Shown here: piece by piece, positions 1 to 13,100 of the stretch
Layout: each line of letters starts with the position of its first letter
How positions within the stretch are numbered: the stretch's first letter is position 1
Source: Saccostrea echinata
Lineage: Eukaryota
Reading direction: 5' to 3'
Assembly: GCF_033153115.1 (NCBI RefSeq)
Contig: NW_026889805.1
Location: 3,472,001 to 3,536,000 of the forward strand
DNA length: 64,000 nt
Notes under the pieces: generated by a model
The model's database searches: none
What the model was told of the DNA's origin: nothing
Seen by the model: only the letters and a program-made list of their open reading frames with translations
Position numbers and translations under genes: made by a program

Positions 1-3000
1 TAATCCATGAAAATAAATTACAGGAAGGATAAGTTATTCAGTCATCTTTTTTTTTTCTATGATGCACATTCACGCTATATAATGACACTGCTATGAGGAG
101 ATATTTAAGGCACCTACTTGACAACATGTGATCACCATCGTTGCCACATGTTGTTGTACATACTTCAAAGACAACAGACAACAGACTGATACCAAGAAAC
201 CTGAGGAAGAGATGAGCTGAAACATAAACTTAATCTTTATGTTCTAAGGAAAGCATCCAAAAAAACATGGGAGTTTTAAATGACTCAAAGGGAAGATCTA
301 GCCATCAGCTGGATTTTAATTCAGTCAACAATGGACGTGTTTTATGACATTCAGTTTGATTTCTATTAAGTATTGGTAAGCACCTTTTTATGTACAGTAT
401 TACTAGTATATATATAATTTCTTGTTTTATTTAACTATCAGACATAAAACAATCTACGCCACTGGTATAAGAATATAATTTATAGATATTACTATAATGC
501 TAAAAATATAAGAATTTCAAAGTTTAACGTGACCAGCAGATAATCATTATCTAAACTCACTAATCTCATAGTCTTTACTTTAAAAAAGAACTGTTTAAAA
601 AAAAAAATTACAAAAAAATCTGAAAGAAAAAAAATGTGACAAACTGTTTCCAAAATAAATTCAGCAGACTCCAAAGCTCTTATTGCTAAACCTATCAATA
701 AATACTTCTAGAGTAACTAAATTATATATACTGATACCTATGAACTGAGAATTTAGTAACATTCAATCTTTATAGAATATCTTTACAATGTTTTACAATA
801 CAGTCCAAAAATGACATATATGAGAATGATTTGTTATCTGCATAGATCTGTAAATAATATCAAATCCAAGAAGTTGAAACTCAATGACAACAGCTCTACC
901 ACGACTTTCAGGAAATAACAATTAGATTATCACATAATCAGACATTATGATCCAATTAAAAATTTGCATATTTCAGGGAAAGACGAATGACATAACCGAA
1001 ACAGAAACTTCAAGATGACTCCGTCATGACACACAGTCATGTCGGAGTTATCCTCCTTTACAACCAACTGTAATGGATCCAAGGACACCACCGTTACATT
1101 CATAAAGCAATGATTGCTAAAGATCGACTTTGTCAATGTTACAAAGAAGGAAACCAATGCCATAAATTCCTATGAAGGTAAATACATGAATAGATATAGG
1201 AATAATAACCTAATTTAATTAAAATAGCAGTGTTGGTATATATACAGGTTACATTTTCTACAGGTATTAATTTCTAGCCTTAGAGAGCTAATTTAAACAC
1301 TTGAAAATGATTTGAAACAAAGTTCAAAACATAGTAGTGTGACACTTAATTTTCCTAGAAGGCTCTACAACTTAACCCATGACCAACAAAAAAAAAAAAA
1401 AAGAGTCTTTAATAGACATGCATTGCACACTCCTAAGTTGTAGCTAGTTAAGTAGCTAGTTTCTATGAAATTTTAAGTTTTATACTCCAGTTTACAAACC
1501 AAAATAAATGTGGAGTATCAGCTTGAGATAAGATAAATAAAAAAAATTGAACTTCAATGAATTCACCCTTAGTGTGAACTCTAAAGAAAATATTTGACAG
1601 TTTTTTTCAAACAGAAAGTACAGATGTGTAAGACAAATAACACAACATTTAAGTCTTTATATGAAATATACTTTGTCTACTTTCATTTATAAGCTAGTAA
1701 TATTATGTGTAACTCCTCAATATTGTTTTTCACTTTCTAAATGAATATTTGTATAAAGTGAATTAGTCCGTTACAATTCTGTTCCACACTTAAGAAATGT
1801 ATCTTGCAGGTATAACTACTAAAACTTTAAGGCATCTATTCTAACACTTCCATCTGAAGTAACTGTTTAAAACACCAACTAACAGTAATTGTTCAAATCT
1901 TTTACTTGTTCTTTCCTTAGATATAGAACTGTAATCACATGACTCTGTTAACACTTTCCATTTTATTACTCAAAGGATATATCCCAGAACAAGCTCTACT
2001 CAAAAGCATTGTGCAGGTTTGTGGTTAGCTTGTGTAAACTGACTTCATAACATGGAACTCAGGTCCCTTAGTAGTAGACCTTGCTCCACTGAGTATCTTC
2101 TTACTGACTATTGACGATACTTACTCCGACTTCAAGAATATTGAGACCTGGCATTCAACATTATAGCCAATACTTAAGCACCATGATAAATTTTACACTC
2201 AACTTTGCTTTATTCTCAAATAGCTTTATATATGGATAGAGTGGAGATTGACTGAAGTAATGTTCTGGGCAATAGATTCTGTAGCATATTGAAGCATATT
2301 AATGCGACAGGAAATGATTCCCAATCATCTTGGATTACATTTTCTTTTAAACACTGAATAGAATTGTTTCATATTTCCCAGGCACACTTGCTAAACTGAA
2401 ACAATTATTTCAACAATCTTACATATGCCAGCATTTATGGGCCGAGATGAACAGCTCAGTGAATGGATGTCCTTTTCGGGATTCTGCATTTATAACCCAG
2501 AACCAGATTTATCACTTACGGACAGATGATATTCCAGTTTAGTATATATTATACAAAACATTTCTTAATATATTTTTTGTAATAAGTGAATTTAATTATA
2601 CAAAGCAAATGTGCCTGAGAAGCATGAAGCAATTTTAATCTAGATTGCGGAATATCAATGAAGAAAAAACACTATCTGGGACAGTTTGGAGTTCTTTGGA
2701 TTAGTATATTAATTTACATTTAATATTGCTTATTTGCTGATATATTTATATTTTATCATAGAAATTATGTCTGACTGAGGATTACCAAGCAATTTTGTGC
2801 AGTGGTGTGAAGAATATCAGTAAAAGTCCATTATCTGGGCAAGGTTGGGAATCAGGAGTAGTGGCCCGTCGTCCAATTCTTGTTCGTTTTGTTTAAATTA
2901 ATTTTAGTGTCCCATCCAGAATTTTTCAACTCTCTAAAGTTACTACCAACAATTTTCAATGGACACAGAAGAAGACATAACAGTGGATCTTATGGGGCAA

Positions 3001-4195
3001 CAGTGATTCAATCTGATGGCCTAATTACGTTTGCTTCCGCTCGGAAGTAATTACTTCAGACACTGAACAATTATTGACGGATTAGCCAGATATTGTCAAG
3101 CATTCACTGATGTAACATACAAACCTCTCCGAAAAAGACATGGCTGTGCATTGGTCACTTCAACGGTAGTGGACTCTGAAGTCTAGCATTGCAAGCAAGC
3201 AACACCTTACTCTGCTTGGTCTAAAGTAAAATGTCGACGATGCAAATAGATTTGACAGAAGAAACCAAATAATAGATAAAAGCGGATTGAGAAATTTGAT
3301 TTGCTTATTTCTGAATGAAGTTAAAACTATGTTATTTTGAATTATGCGCTTCTTGGAGAGAAAAGATTCAGTAGCTTATAGGAATTTGTCACTGTCCACC
3401 ATAACTAACCGAACAACACACTGAAGTACTCTCGTTAACCGTGTAAAATTAGGTCCATCAAAAAATATCATCCCTACCCAAATTATTCTTGTAACGTTTT
3501 CGAAGGAGAATTTTAATTTTCAAAAATGTCATCTAAAGCATATTAGCTTTATCCTCTTACTATTGTCACTTGTTTTTATAGTGCACGCCGTGACTTATAC
3601 TATGCGCAATGATATGTGAAATAAATATGCAGACTACTTTTATTAGGGAGGTCCGCACAAAATGTTTACAGTACACTTCAAAATTAACTTCCTAGTCATA
3701 TCTTGATTAAAATGAAATCAATATATTAGTTTCTGTCCATTAATCCCCAGCTCTTTAAGGTGTTTAACTTTTAAGGGTATTTGTTTATATATAAATCAGA
3801 GGTTTGTAATTTTCAGGCGTGGATCAAAATACTCCAAACAGACTGGTGCCTAACGTTATCAGAACTAAAGCAACCGTCTTCTTTTAAAATATTGTTGCAA
3901 ATCTTTATTCCTAAGATTTTTGTTTATTCCTTCTTTTGTTTTATTTTTAATTGAGTTTGCAGTATGAATTGAGCAGTGACCATTCCATTTATGGAAAGAG
4001 GGGGGATTATGCATCACTCAGGCTTGCAAAAGCCTTTAAATATTCTTTCTCTTGGTTGTATATACTGTAATGAAAATTTCTGAAAAAAATACTTAAAGAA
4101 AGTTATTTTTTTAAGAATGATTTTCATATAAATCTTTTAAGACTTGACTGTCTTAATTAAACTCTTCACAAATACTAATTACGAAGTAAGATTTT

Positions 4196-4410
4196 CATGC
4201 GCGGATCTAGAGGGGGGTCGGAGTTGGGGGTCCGGACCCCTCTGGAATTTGCAGAGTTATAAGAAGTATACACTGAAGCAAATAAAAAATGACTTTGGAC
4301 CCCATCCCCCTCTCCCCTAGAAAACGTGGAACCACCCCCCCCCCCACCACCACCACCACGAAATAGGTTTTTTTCTTTAAAATGGAAAAAAATTCCTGGA
4401 TCCGCGCCTC
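4196..4410. mobile_element. MITE, same family as 57742-58057
   Basis: catgcgcggatctagagggg...ctggatccgcgcct, with the shared gtatacactgaagcaaataaaaaatgactttggacccc core. Confidence 0.7.
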
Positions 4411-5348
4411 AGTTTACCATGAATTTTGAGCTTTTGTGAAAAATTCAAATATTTTTCAATATTTATTTACCACATTTAATTTGTATTATAGCAACAATGA
4501 ATTTGTTTAAAATTGCAATTTCAGGTATGAAATGTTTGATATATTGTTTATTTGCTCTGAAGGATTAATCAAAACTATTGTTGTACCAAGGAATATTTTC
4601 TCCCTGTACTTGAAAAATCCACTATAGGACGAAATGGGATATATTTTTTAATCACTGCTCAATAATTTCTCACTTTCTCTATCTGTCGATCGTTCGCACT
4701 TTACATTACACCGAATAACAGTTGACTTGTGTAATCATTTTGATTATCAGTGAAAATGATTTATTTAATTTAAAGTCATTATCCCCTAGATTAGAATGAT
4801 CTTTTTTCCCCAAAATTTTTAATATTTACCCAGTCTGCAAAATAGTTCGTTCAAATCATGACCCCAGGGGTAGAATGGGCCACAATAGGGGATGAATTTT
4901 TTTTTATTTAAGGAATGAATTTAATTCATAGCTTCCCAATTTATACTGGCTGGGACAGTTTACGCTTTATAAACCGCAAAGCGGTTTATAAAAAAGTGTT
5001 TACAAACTGTTTCAACCCACTTTATACCGTATAAATTGTGTACCATTAAATCGAGTCTTTATAATTTAATTTTCATTCATTGAGTGTAAGAAAAAAAAAA
5101 GATTATTGCCCTTAAAAATTGTTATCAAACTGTATATCATAAATGGGGTTGCCCACGTCACAATGACGCGCGTCAAAAACAAATCAATCCGCCTGACGTT
5201 GCATTTTTTGTAAAAGCAATGTGTACATACACACAGGTCACGCACAGGCATCTGACGTTACTTATTTTTCTTTTAATAAAAAAAAATATACCCTACCTAA
5301 TAATACGCTCTAACCCTACTTACCTAACCCTAACCCTTGCACCGTAAC

Positions 5349-5481
5349 NNNNNNNNNNNNNNNNNNNNNNNNNNNNNNNNNNNNNNNNNNNNNNNNNNNN
5401 NNNNNNNNNNNNNNNNNNNNNNNNNNNNNNNNNNNNNNNNNNNNNNNNNNNNNNNNNNNNNNNNNNNNNNNNNNNNNNNNN
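5349..5481. other. Assembly gap
   Basis: Run of N. Confidence 1.
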
Positions 5482-5739
5482 CTGTGAGGTTACGTGCTAT
5501 CTACAGCGACTTACTATCTCTATTTTATGACAGGCCAGAAATTATTTTTCACTTACTTTGATATCCTTTCACACTGTGACAGAATATCACTTTGGTATCC
5601 TTTCACACTGTGACAGAATATCACTTTTATTCAATAGATTACATTAACCACAGTATTTCAGTCACTGTTGAAAATGTAATAAAAAAAATTATCCAATCAA
5701 ATAACGCGTTATAACCAGAATTAATTATAATTGTAAAAT

Positions 5740-7506
5740 AAACAGAGGACCAAAGGCGACAAAACTTACCTGGTTCACTGTGACCCCCTGTACTTCATCA
5801 GACCTTTTGTCCTTTTATATTCCTATGTAAAACTTTGATCACATATAAGTGATTTGTAGCTCCATCCTATCCCCAGAAGTCATGATTTGAACAAAATGAA
5901 TCTATACTATCTGTGAAAGCTTCCATGTAAATATGACTAAACATGGCTTTGCTACTCTTGAGAAAAAGATTTTCCCTATGAATTTTCATGTAAAACCTTG
6001 ATCGTCTATTGTGATCCCACTCTACCCCCAGAAGTCATCATTTGAACCAAACTTGATTCTACACTACCTGATGAATGCTTCCATATAGATATGACTAATC
6101 ATAGCTTTGCTGTTCTTGAGAAGAAGATTTTATTTAAAAAAATTCCCATATATCCCAGTGTAAAACTTTGATCACTCATTATGGCCTCACCCTACCCCTT
6201 GGGGTCAAGATTTCGACAAATTTGTACACTATGTATTGAAGCTTTTACAAAAGTGCCAATTCTTCTGGCCAAATGGTTCTTGAGAAGAAGATTATTAAAG
6301 ATTTTTTCCTATATATTCCTATGTAAAATTTTGATCATCTATTGTGGCCCCATTCTACCTCCGGGGGTCACGATTCGAACAAAAAATTTAATCTTCACTA
6401 CTTGAAGATGCTTCCGTATAATTTTCATTTTTTTTTTTTTTTGGCCCAGTGGTTTTTGAGAAGTAATCGAAAATGTGAAAAGTTTACAGACGTACACCAG
6501 ACAAAATGCAACCAGAAAATTAAGCTCAATTGAGCCTTCGGCTCAGGTGAGCTAAAGAATCTTTTAAAATATTCTTCTCAAGAACAGGGCCTCAATTAAT
6601 CATATTAATATGGAAGCATCCTCAGGTAGTGTAAATTCACGTTTATTCAAATCATGACCACCAGAGGGATAGTAGTGCCACTATATAGGATCAATTTTTT
6701 ACGGTAAGATATTTTTAAAAAATCTTTTTAAAAATCTCCTAAAGACCAACAGGGCTATAATAAATCACATTAATATGGTACATCCTCAGGCAGTTGTAGA
6801 TTCAAGTTTGTTCAAATCATGGCCTCGACCAGGGGTAGGGTGGGTCCACAACAGGGGTTAGAAGGTTTACATATGAATACTAGTATATAGAAAAACAATT
6901 CTGAAAAGTCCTCTTCTCAAGATCAGCAGGGCAATGATTAGTCATATCAATATAGAAATATTTATTAGGTGGTGTAGATTCACCTTTTATTATATCATGG
7001 TCCCCGGGGTAGGGTATTGGAGTTTTACATGAGTATTTGTATAAACAAATATTTTCAAGAGTAGCAGAGCCACACTAAATCATATTGATATGGAAAAGAG
7101 TTCATGCAACTTAGGTATGTTTCCATATCAATATGATTTATTATGGCTCTGCTACTCTTGAAAAAAATTGTTTATACAAAGTTGCATGGACTCTTTTTTA
7201 ATTATGGACCCTGGGATTACTGTGGGGCTCAAATGTGATCAAACTTTCATCATGCACGTGTAAAAAAAAAATCTTTAAAAAATCTTGTCCTGGGGGAACA
7301 GTAGAGCCATGTTAAACATATTGATATTGAAATATTCCAATGTGTGGATTCAACTTTGGTTATGTCATAACCTCTTAGGGGTATGTTGGGGCAACAATAT
7401 GGTGTCATTGAATAGCGAAAAAGAAAATCTTTAAAAACCTCTTTGTGAAGAACAACAGGACCAAGGTGAGTCAAGTGAGCGTTGTGGCCCATGGACCTCT
7501 TGTTTT
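5740..7506. mobile_element. Two adjacent HINE-like copies in opposite orientation
   Basis: 5740-6556 is in minus orientation, ending gagccttcggctcaggtgagctaaa. 6557-7506 holds plus-orientation monomers ending gtgagcgttgtggcccatggacctcttgttt. Confidence 0.7.
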
Positions 7507-8150
7507 CCTTTCCTGTTATAGAAGCTAAGGTGATTACTTTGACCATGATGTAGATAGAAAAGAATCATATAGATTTTGGACGGCCTGTAATACGCTGGGG
7601 GGCACTTTTATGAGAATAGTTTCTTGATATAGTTATGTCGTGTAAATTTCCATTTGGAAGGTACTTGCCCTCCCCACTTTTGTTTCTGTACGGTCAAACA
7701 CTGGCAAATTCCAGCTTTTTTTTTTTTTGGTTTAAAAAACTGTACCGATCAGTTAAAGGTCCATCACCCCCCCCCCCCCCCCCACACACACACACAGGAA
7801 GTAGGATTTTCGAGTGTGGACATTTTTGTTCAATTTTGTTTTGATGTTTGGAGGTGTCCCCTTTCAAAAACGTTGCTTCGGGTCTGTTGGAGTCACACAT
7901 GCAGTGACCCCCTATGACCGTATATCAGTTTTGTTTTGACATACACACAAATTGGAAAAGTTCAACAAAATCCAATTTTTAAGTATTTAAAATGTAAAAA
8001 CATTGACTATCGAAGGTCTGAAAAGTGAAATATGTTACTAGGCTGGGATGTTCTATTCCACGTAACCCGAGGAAGGCATATTTCAATATTGTTAATAAAT
8101 TCAATAAAATAAATATCTCTTTGTGTTTAAACATTTTCTTTCCCTAACAG

Positions 8151-9236
8151 AACAAGATACCCATGAGCCACATCGCTCACCTGAGCATTGTGGCTAGGAA
8201 AAAAGCAAAATTCAATTCAGTAGTGGTCCCGATCTACCCCTAAAAATGGGGGATGATTTGAACAAATTTGAATCTAAACTAGGGATGCTTACATATTTCT
8301 TTGACTAACTGTGGCTTTTTTTCCCTACAAGTTTGAACTTTCATTGTGATCCCACCCTATCCCCAGGGGTCATGATTTGAACAAATCTGAATCTACACTA
8401 TCTGAGGATGCTTTCATATAAATATGACCAATCATGGCTTTGTTGTTCTTGACAGGAAGATTTTCAAAAAAAAAATCCTATGTATAACTTCGATCATCAA
8501 TTGTGGCCCCACCCTATCCCCAGTGGGTCATGATTTGAACAAACATGAATATACACTACCTTAGGATACTTCCAAATAGTTAATAAGTACAAACTTGATT
8601 CTACACTACCTGAGGATGCTTCCATATAAATATGACTAATCATGGCTTTGCTGTTCTTGAGAAAATTTTTAAACTTTTTTCCTAACTACTCTAAATAATG
8701 TAAAACTTTTATGGTCCCACCCTACCCCCGGGGATCATGAATTGCACAAACTTGAATCTACACCACTTGAGGATGCTTCCATGTAAATATGACCAATCAT
8801 GGCTTTGCTGTACTTGAGAAGAAGATTTTTAAAGATTTTTCCTATATACTTCTTTGTAAACCTTTAATCGTCCGTTGTGGCCCCATCCTACCCCGGGGGT
8901 CATGGTTTGAACAAATTTGAATCTACAATACCTGAGGATGATTCCACTTGAGTTTCATCTTTCCTGTCCCATTGGTTCTTCAGAAGATTTTAAAAGGTGC
9001 AATTAATTTTTCAGTATTTTTTAATTATGTTCCATTTTAAGAGGGCATGTCCCTTCATTTGAACAAACTTGAATCCTCTTCATCCAAGGATAGTCTGTGC
9101 CAAGTTTAGTTGAAATTTGCCCAGTGGTTCTGGAGAAGTTGAAAATGTGAAAAGTTAACGACGACAACAACGACAGATAACGGACAAATTTCGATCAGAA
9201 AAGCTTAGTTGAGCCTTCGGCTCAGGTGAGTTAAAA
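8151..9236 (-). mobile_element. HINE-like element of the same family (~5 monomers)
   Basis: aacaag...catgagccacatcgctcacctgagc at the left end and gagccttcggctcaggtgagttaaaa at the right end. The monomers are the reverse complement of those at 37866-40470. Confidence 0.8.
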
Positions 9237-10141
9237 GGATATATTTTGACAATCTTCAAAAAGAAAATTGATTGTATAGCATATTTTCCTTCTTTTTTAA
9301 TGTTTGTCTGGATATCTTTTCCTTTTTAAGGTATACATGTATATATTAATCTCCTTTCTCAAATTTCTCCTCAATATTAGTGTACATGTACATGTACTTA
9401 TGTAGTCACAAATCACGAAGTTTTGAACGCAGTCAACGTAATTTTTTATCTGTCCCAACTAAAACAATCTAACATGTTCATGGAAGATCTTATTATTGTT
9501 TAATTATCAAAATTGTGTTAAAAATCTAAAACTTGCAATCATGTGAAGTGTTCACGATTACATATACATATATAACTTGAGGAATTTAAAAAACTATTTA
9601 AACACACATAAATTCAATACAAACAATGCGTAAATTCCATCATCTATCTACATGCAAGGTTGTTGACTTATACATGTAGACATTTACATAAGGCTACATT
9701 TGATACAGATGTAGATTATAAAGAATCATGAAGCACGTCATCTAATTCAAGTTACATGGCAATTTAATACATGCGATTTTTTTGTTTAATTGAAAATTAA
9801 TTTGAAAAAAAAATGGCATTATTATCCACATATTCATTAAAATTGCAATACGCATATTTTTTGCTTAGTTTTCATTTGTCAATACATAACAATAATATTT
9901 TCAAACACCAAGGTTACCTTATAAGGTTTGAAAACCCTAGATAATAGTACACTAGGTGAAACAGTAGTAAAATCCGCCTTCTAGAGACAAACCTTACTCA
10001 AAATGTACAAAGTCAAAGTTACCTAAACTTGTGAACTTATATATACAAATAAAAAACCACTAAAAATATTTAACGTCACATGAATATACAAAATGCGTAA
10101 GTTACAAATGTACAGAAGACAACATTAAGAAAAGTGGACAT

Positions 10142-13100
10142 TCAGTTTATCGTGGGTTTAGAGTTTTGAATGACCACTTCACTATATTCCACAGAAGCCG
10201 CTGGAACGTCACTAGAATCCGATTCTTTGTCTTTTTTACTCTTTTTCTTCTTTTGTGGCTTGGTAAATTCAACATCAACATAATTTAACTCTCCGGACTG
10301 CTGTAAATATAGGACAAAATCAATTATTAAGCACCATCAGCAAACACGGGGTGTTTCTAATTTTTTTTTGACACAAACTTTAAATTAGAAAAAAAAAATC
10401 CTGCATTGATGTTCTTAAATTAATTTCTTTAAAAAGAAAATTTAGTTTGATTGCAACCACAGATATTGTTAGGATCCTACCAAACAGCATGCTGAAATAT
10501 TAATCAACAATGTACTATATTTATATTAATCTTAAAACCTAGTGTTGAATCAGAAAGCGTTACCTTAGGATCCCTTAGAGTGGGGGGATACAAAGCTTAT
10601 CCAAACTTTATAAGTCGTATGCTTGCAAGTTTTATATAGCATGCATTTAAAAGCAGTGTAAATAGTATTCTCATGCATTTGTTCTCTATATTCAAAGATG
10701 GAGTTAAACTGAGAAATGTTCAACAGTGTCTGTCTGTCTGTCTGTCTGACAGGAAACTTTATTCTTTACTCCTTAAGAAACTTATGCAATAAGTAGTTTC
10801 AAACAGTATTCTAGTTTCAATAAAGGGATCACAAACATACATATAGTTTTAAAACTGGCAAAAATTCGAATTTGAAAAATTAAACTATAATTTAAATTTG
10901 TTAATGTTGAGTCTTTTCACCTAAAGTATAGCTAGATCTAATAAAAGCATGACTAGTTTGAGCGAGCATAGGATAACAGTGAACATTTAACATTGTTCTG
11001 TAATAACAAAGCTATTTCAGAGCAGTTCTTCAAAGTTTGAACAAGTCATTTGTCTCACATGAGGGGATTATATAAGCCAGCACAGAAGAGGAAAAGAACA
11101 AGGGTTATTCTTCTGGCATTTTCTGCATACAAACATTGCCGATACCCTGAAGGTCACTAAAGGTTTTTCAAATTTAAAATTGACATTTACAAGTTCGAGT
11201 TAAAGAACATAAAAAATCTTCCCTTTTATGGAACTTACCCCCCCCCCCCCCCCCCATACACACACACGCACTTTTTAACTGGACAATAGTTTGGTACAAG
11301 TAGATTTTGAATCCGGCGTTTGACATAATTTGAATGGTGAGCAATATTTTTTTATCACCTCCAGCAATCAAAGTTTAAACAAGGGGTAGCATAAATGGGG
11401 AGTTATACTTTGAGTACTAGCGGACTCCAAATTAGGAGTAAAATATAGCTTATGTGGAGAGTTATTTTCAGTACATGAACTAGTGGATTTCAATATTCAG
11501 TCAGAATGATAGACCACAAATTTTGAGCTACGCAACGGCTGGTAAAAGTGAGTAGTATTTTTGATGGTGCTGGATCAAAACTTTCTAGGTCGGTGAGTAG
11601 TATTTTATTATCTCTTTAGGACATTCAACTGAAAGTCACATGTCTAGCGTTCATTTTTAACCAAAATTACACTAAAAACCACGTATAAGGGCATATTTAC
11701 GTTATAAATTTCTCTGTAGTATCAAAAATACAAATGGTTAGTTCGGGGTAAGTGTTCCGGGATAGAATAGTTCTTTTTTTTTTAGTAAGGAAATTTATTT
11801 CCAGTACTTAATACTATACTCAGGGTGTCGACAAATGAGAAAGGAAGGATAAGCGACCTTTTGTGACAACCTTGCATTGTTAGAATCTTTGGTTTCGGCT
11901 TTCTGTTGTTCATAATCCTTATCGATATCTTCGTACTGTCGTGGTGCCCTTGTCACTGAAAATATAGACAGAATGCAGTAAACATGATTTACCTGCGTAT
12001 TTTTATCAGAAGATATTGAAGTTTAATACTAAGTGTAAATAAAGGGAATACTATACAACTAAAGTATATCATTGAGGGAGTTAGCAAGATTCCAGTTCCC
12101 CAAGGCCAGGACTATTTCCCGAGGCGAAGCCGAGGGAAATGGTCCTGGTCGAGGGGAACTGGAATCTTGCTAACTCCCGCAATGATATACTTTTAACTGT
12201 TTTATTATACCGATACAAATGTAAAATTTAGAGGATTCAGATAGCGTGATTTGAAAGCAAGGAATTAGCTCACTGAACTAACACACGGGGATTAGTCCAT
12301 TCACGTATCATACCAATGTGAAAGTAAAATCTAGAGGATTACGGATAACCGGGAATTAGCTTTCGAAGCAGGGATTAGCCCACTTGACTAACGCACGGGG
12401 ATTAGTCCATTCATAAGGATTTCTAGGGAGTAAGTCACATCTATTTAACGATCTAATGTTATATAGGGAAAAATCAGTAGAGGTATAATAAATGTAATTA
12501 ACAGAGTTTGGAACTTGACTAGGGTCAATTTTAGGACATAGGATACTCAAAAAATGTTAAAGATATATGTTTACGATATGTATATATAGATACTTGATGA
12601 AGTTATCTTTTTTTCAAATGCTAATACATTATCTATAAATGATTTTAAAAATAATTTGAAAAAAGTATTTTTGAGAATATAGTTTTCAGGGACATTAGAA
12701 ATATCAAAGAAAAGGGTAATGGAAAATTGTCATTCTACAGTCAGTTAATAAGTCCACAAAATCTAAACAAGCTTGAAATTCAACCATACTTAAAATTTTT
12801 CCATTTCCAAGAAGCTTCGTTCTTTTTTGACTCAATTAAGAATAAGTGCCCACAAATTACAGATAGAGTTGGCAGATATTGTAATCCAATTATACCAAGA
12901 GATGAAAGATAGTGTATTAACTGCCATACTGTTGTTGAGCATGAATATTATTTTTTATTTTTATGTCCTCTTTATAAACAACTAAGAAGTGAATACTGTA
13001 TACTTTTTAATGATACATGTATATCTTATGAAATTCTTAATCTAGCAGATGTTAATTCAACAAGAAATATTTGTAACTTCATACGTGATGCATTTAACAT

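Noticed and set aside
977-1178. Exon-like segment with an AG acceptor and GT donor
   Set aside because: Stops in all three + frames and no recognisable protein; it may be UTR or non-coding but cannot be supported.
5300-5348. TAACCC telomere-like repeats next to a gap
   Set aside because: Only 2-4 imperfect units; more likely an internal motif of a repeat element than a telomere.
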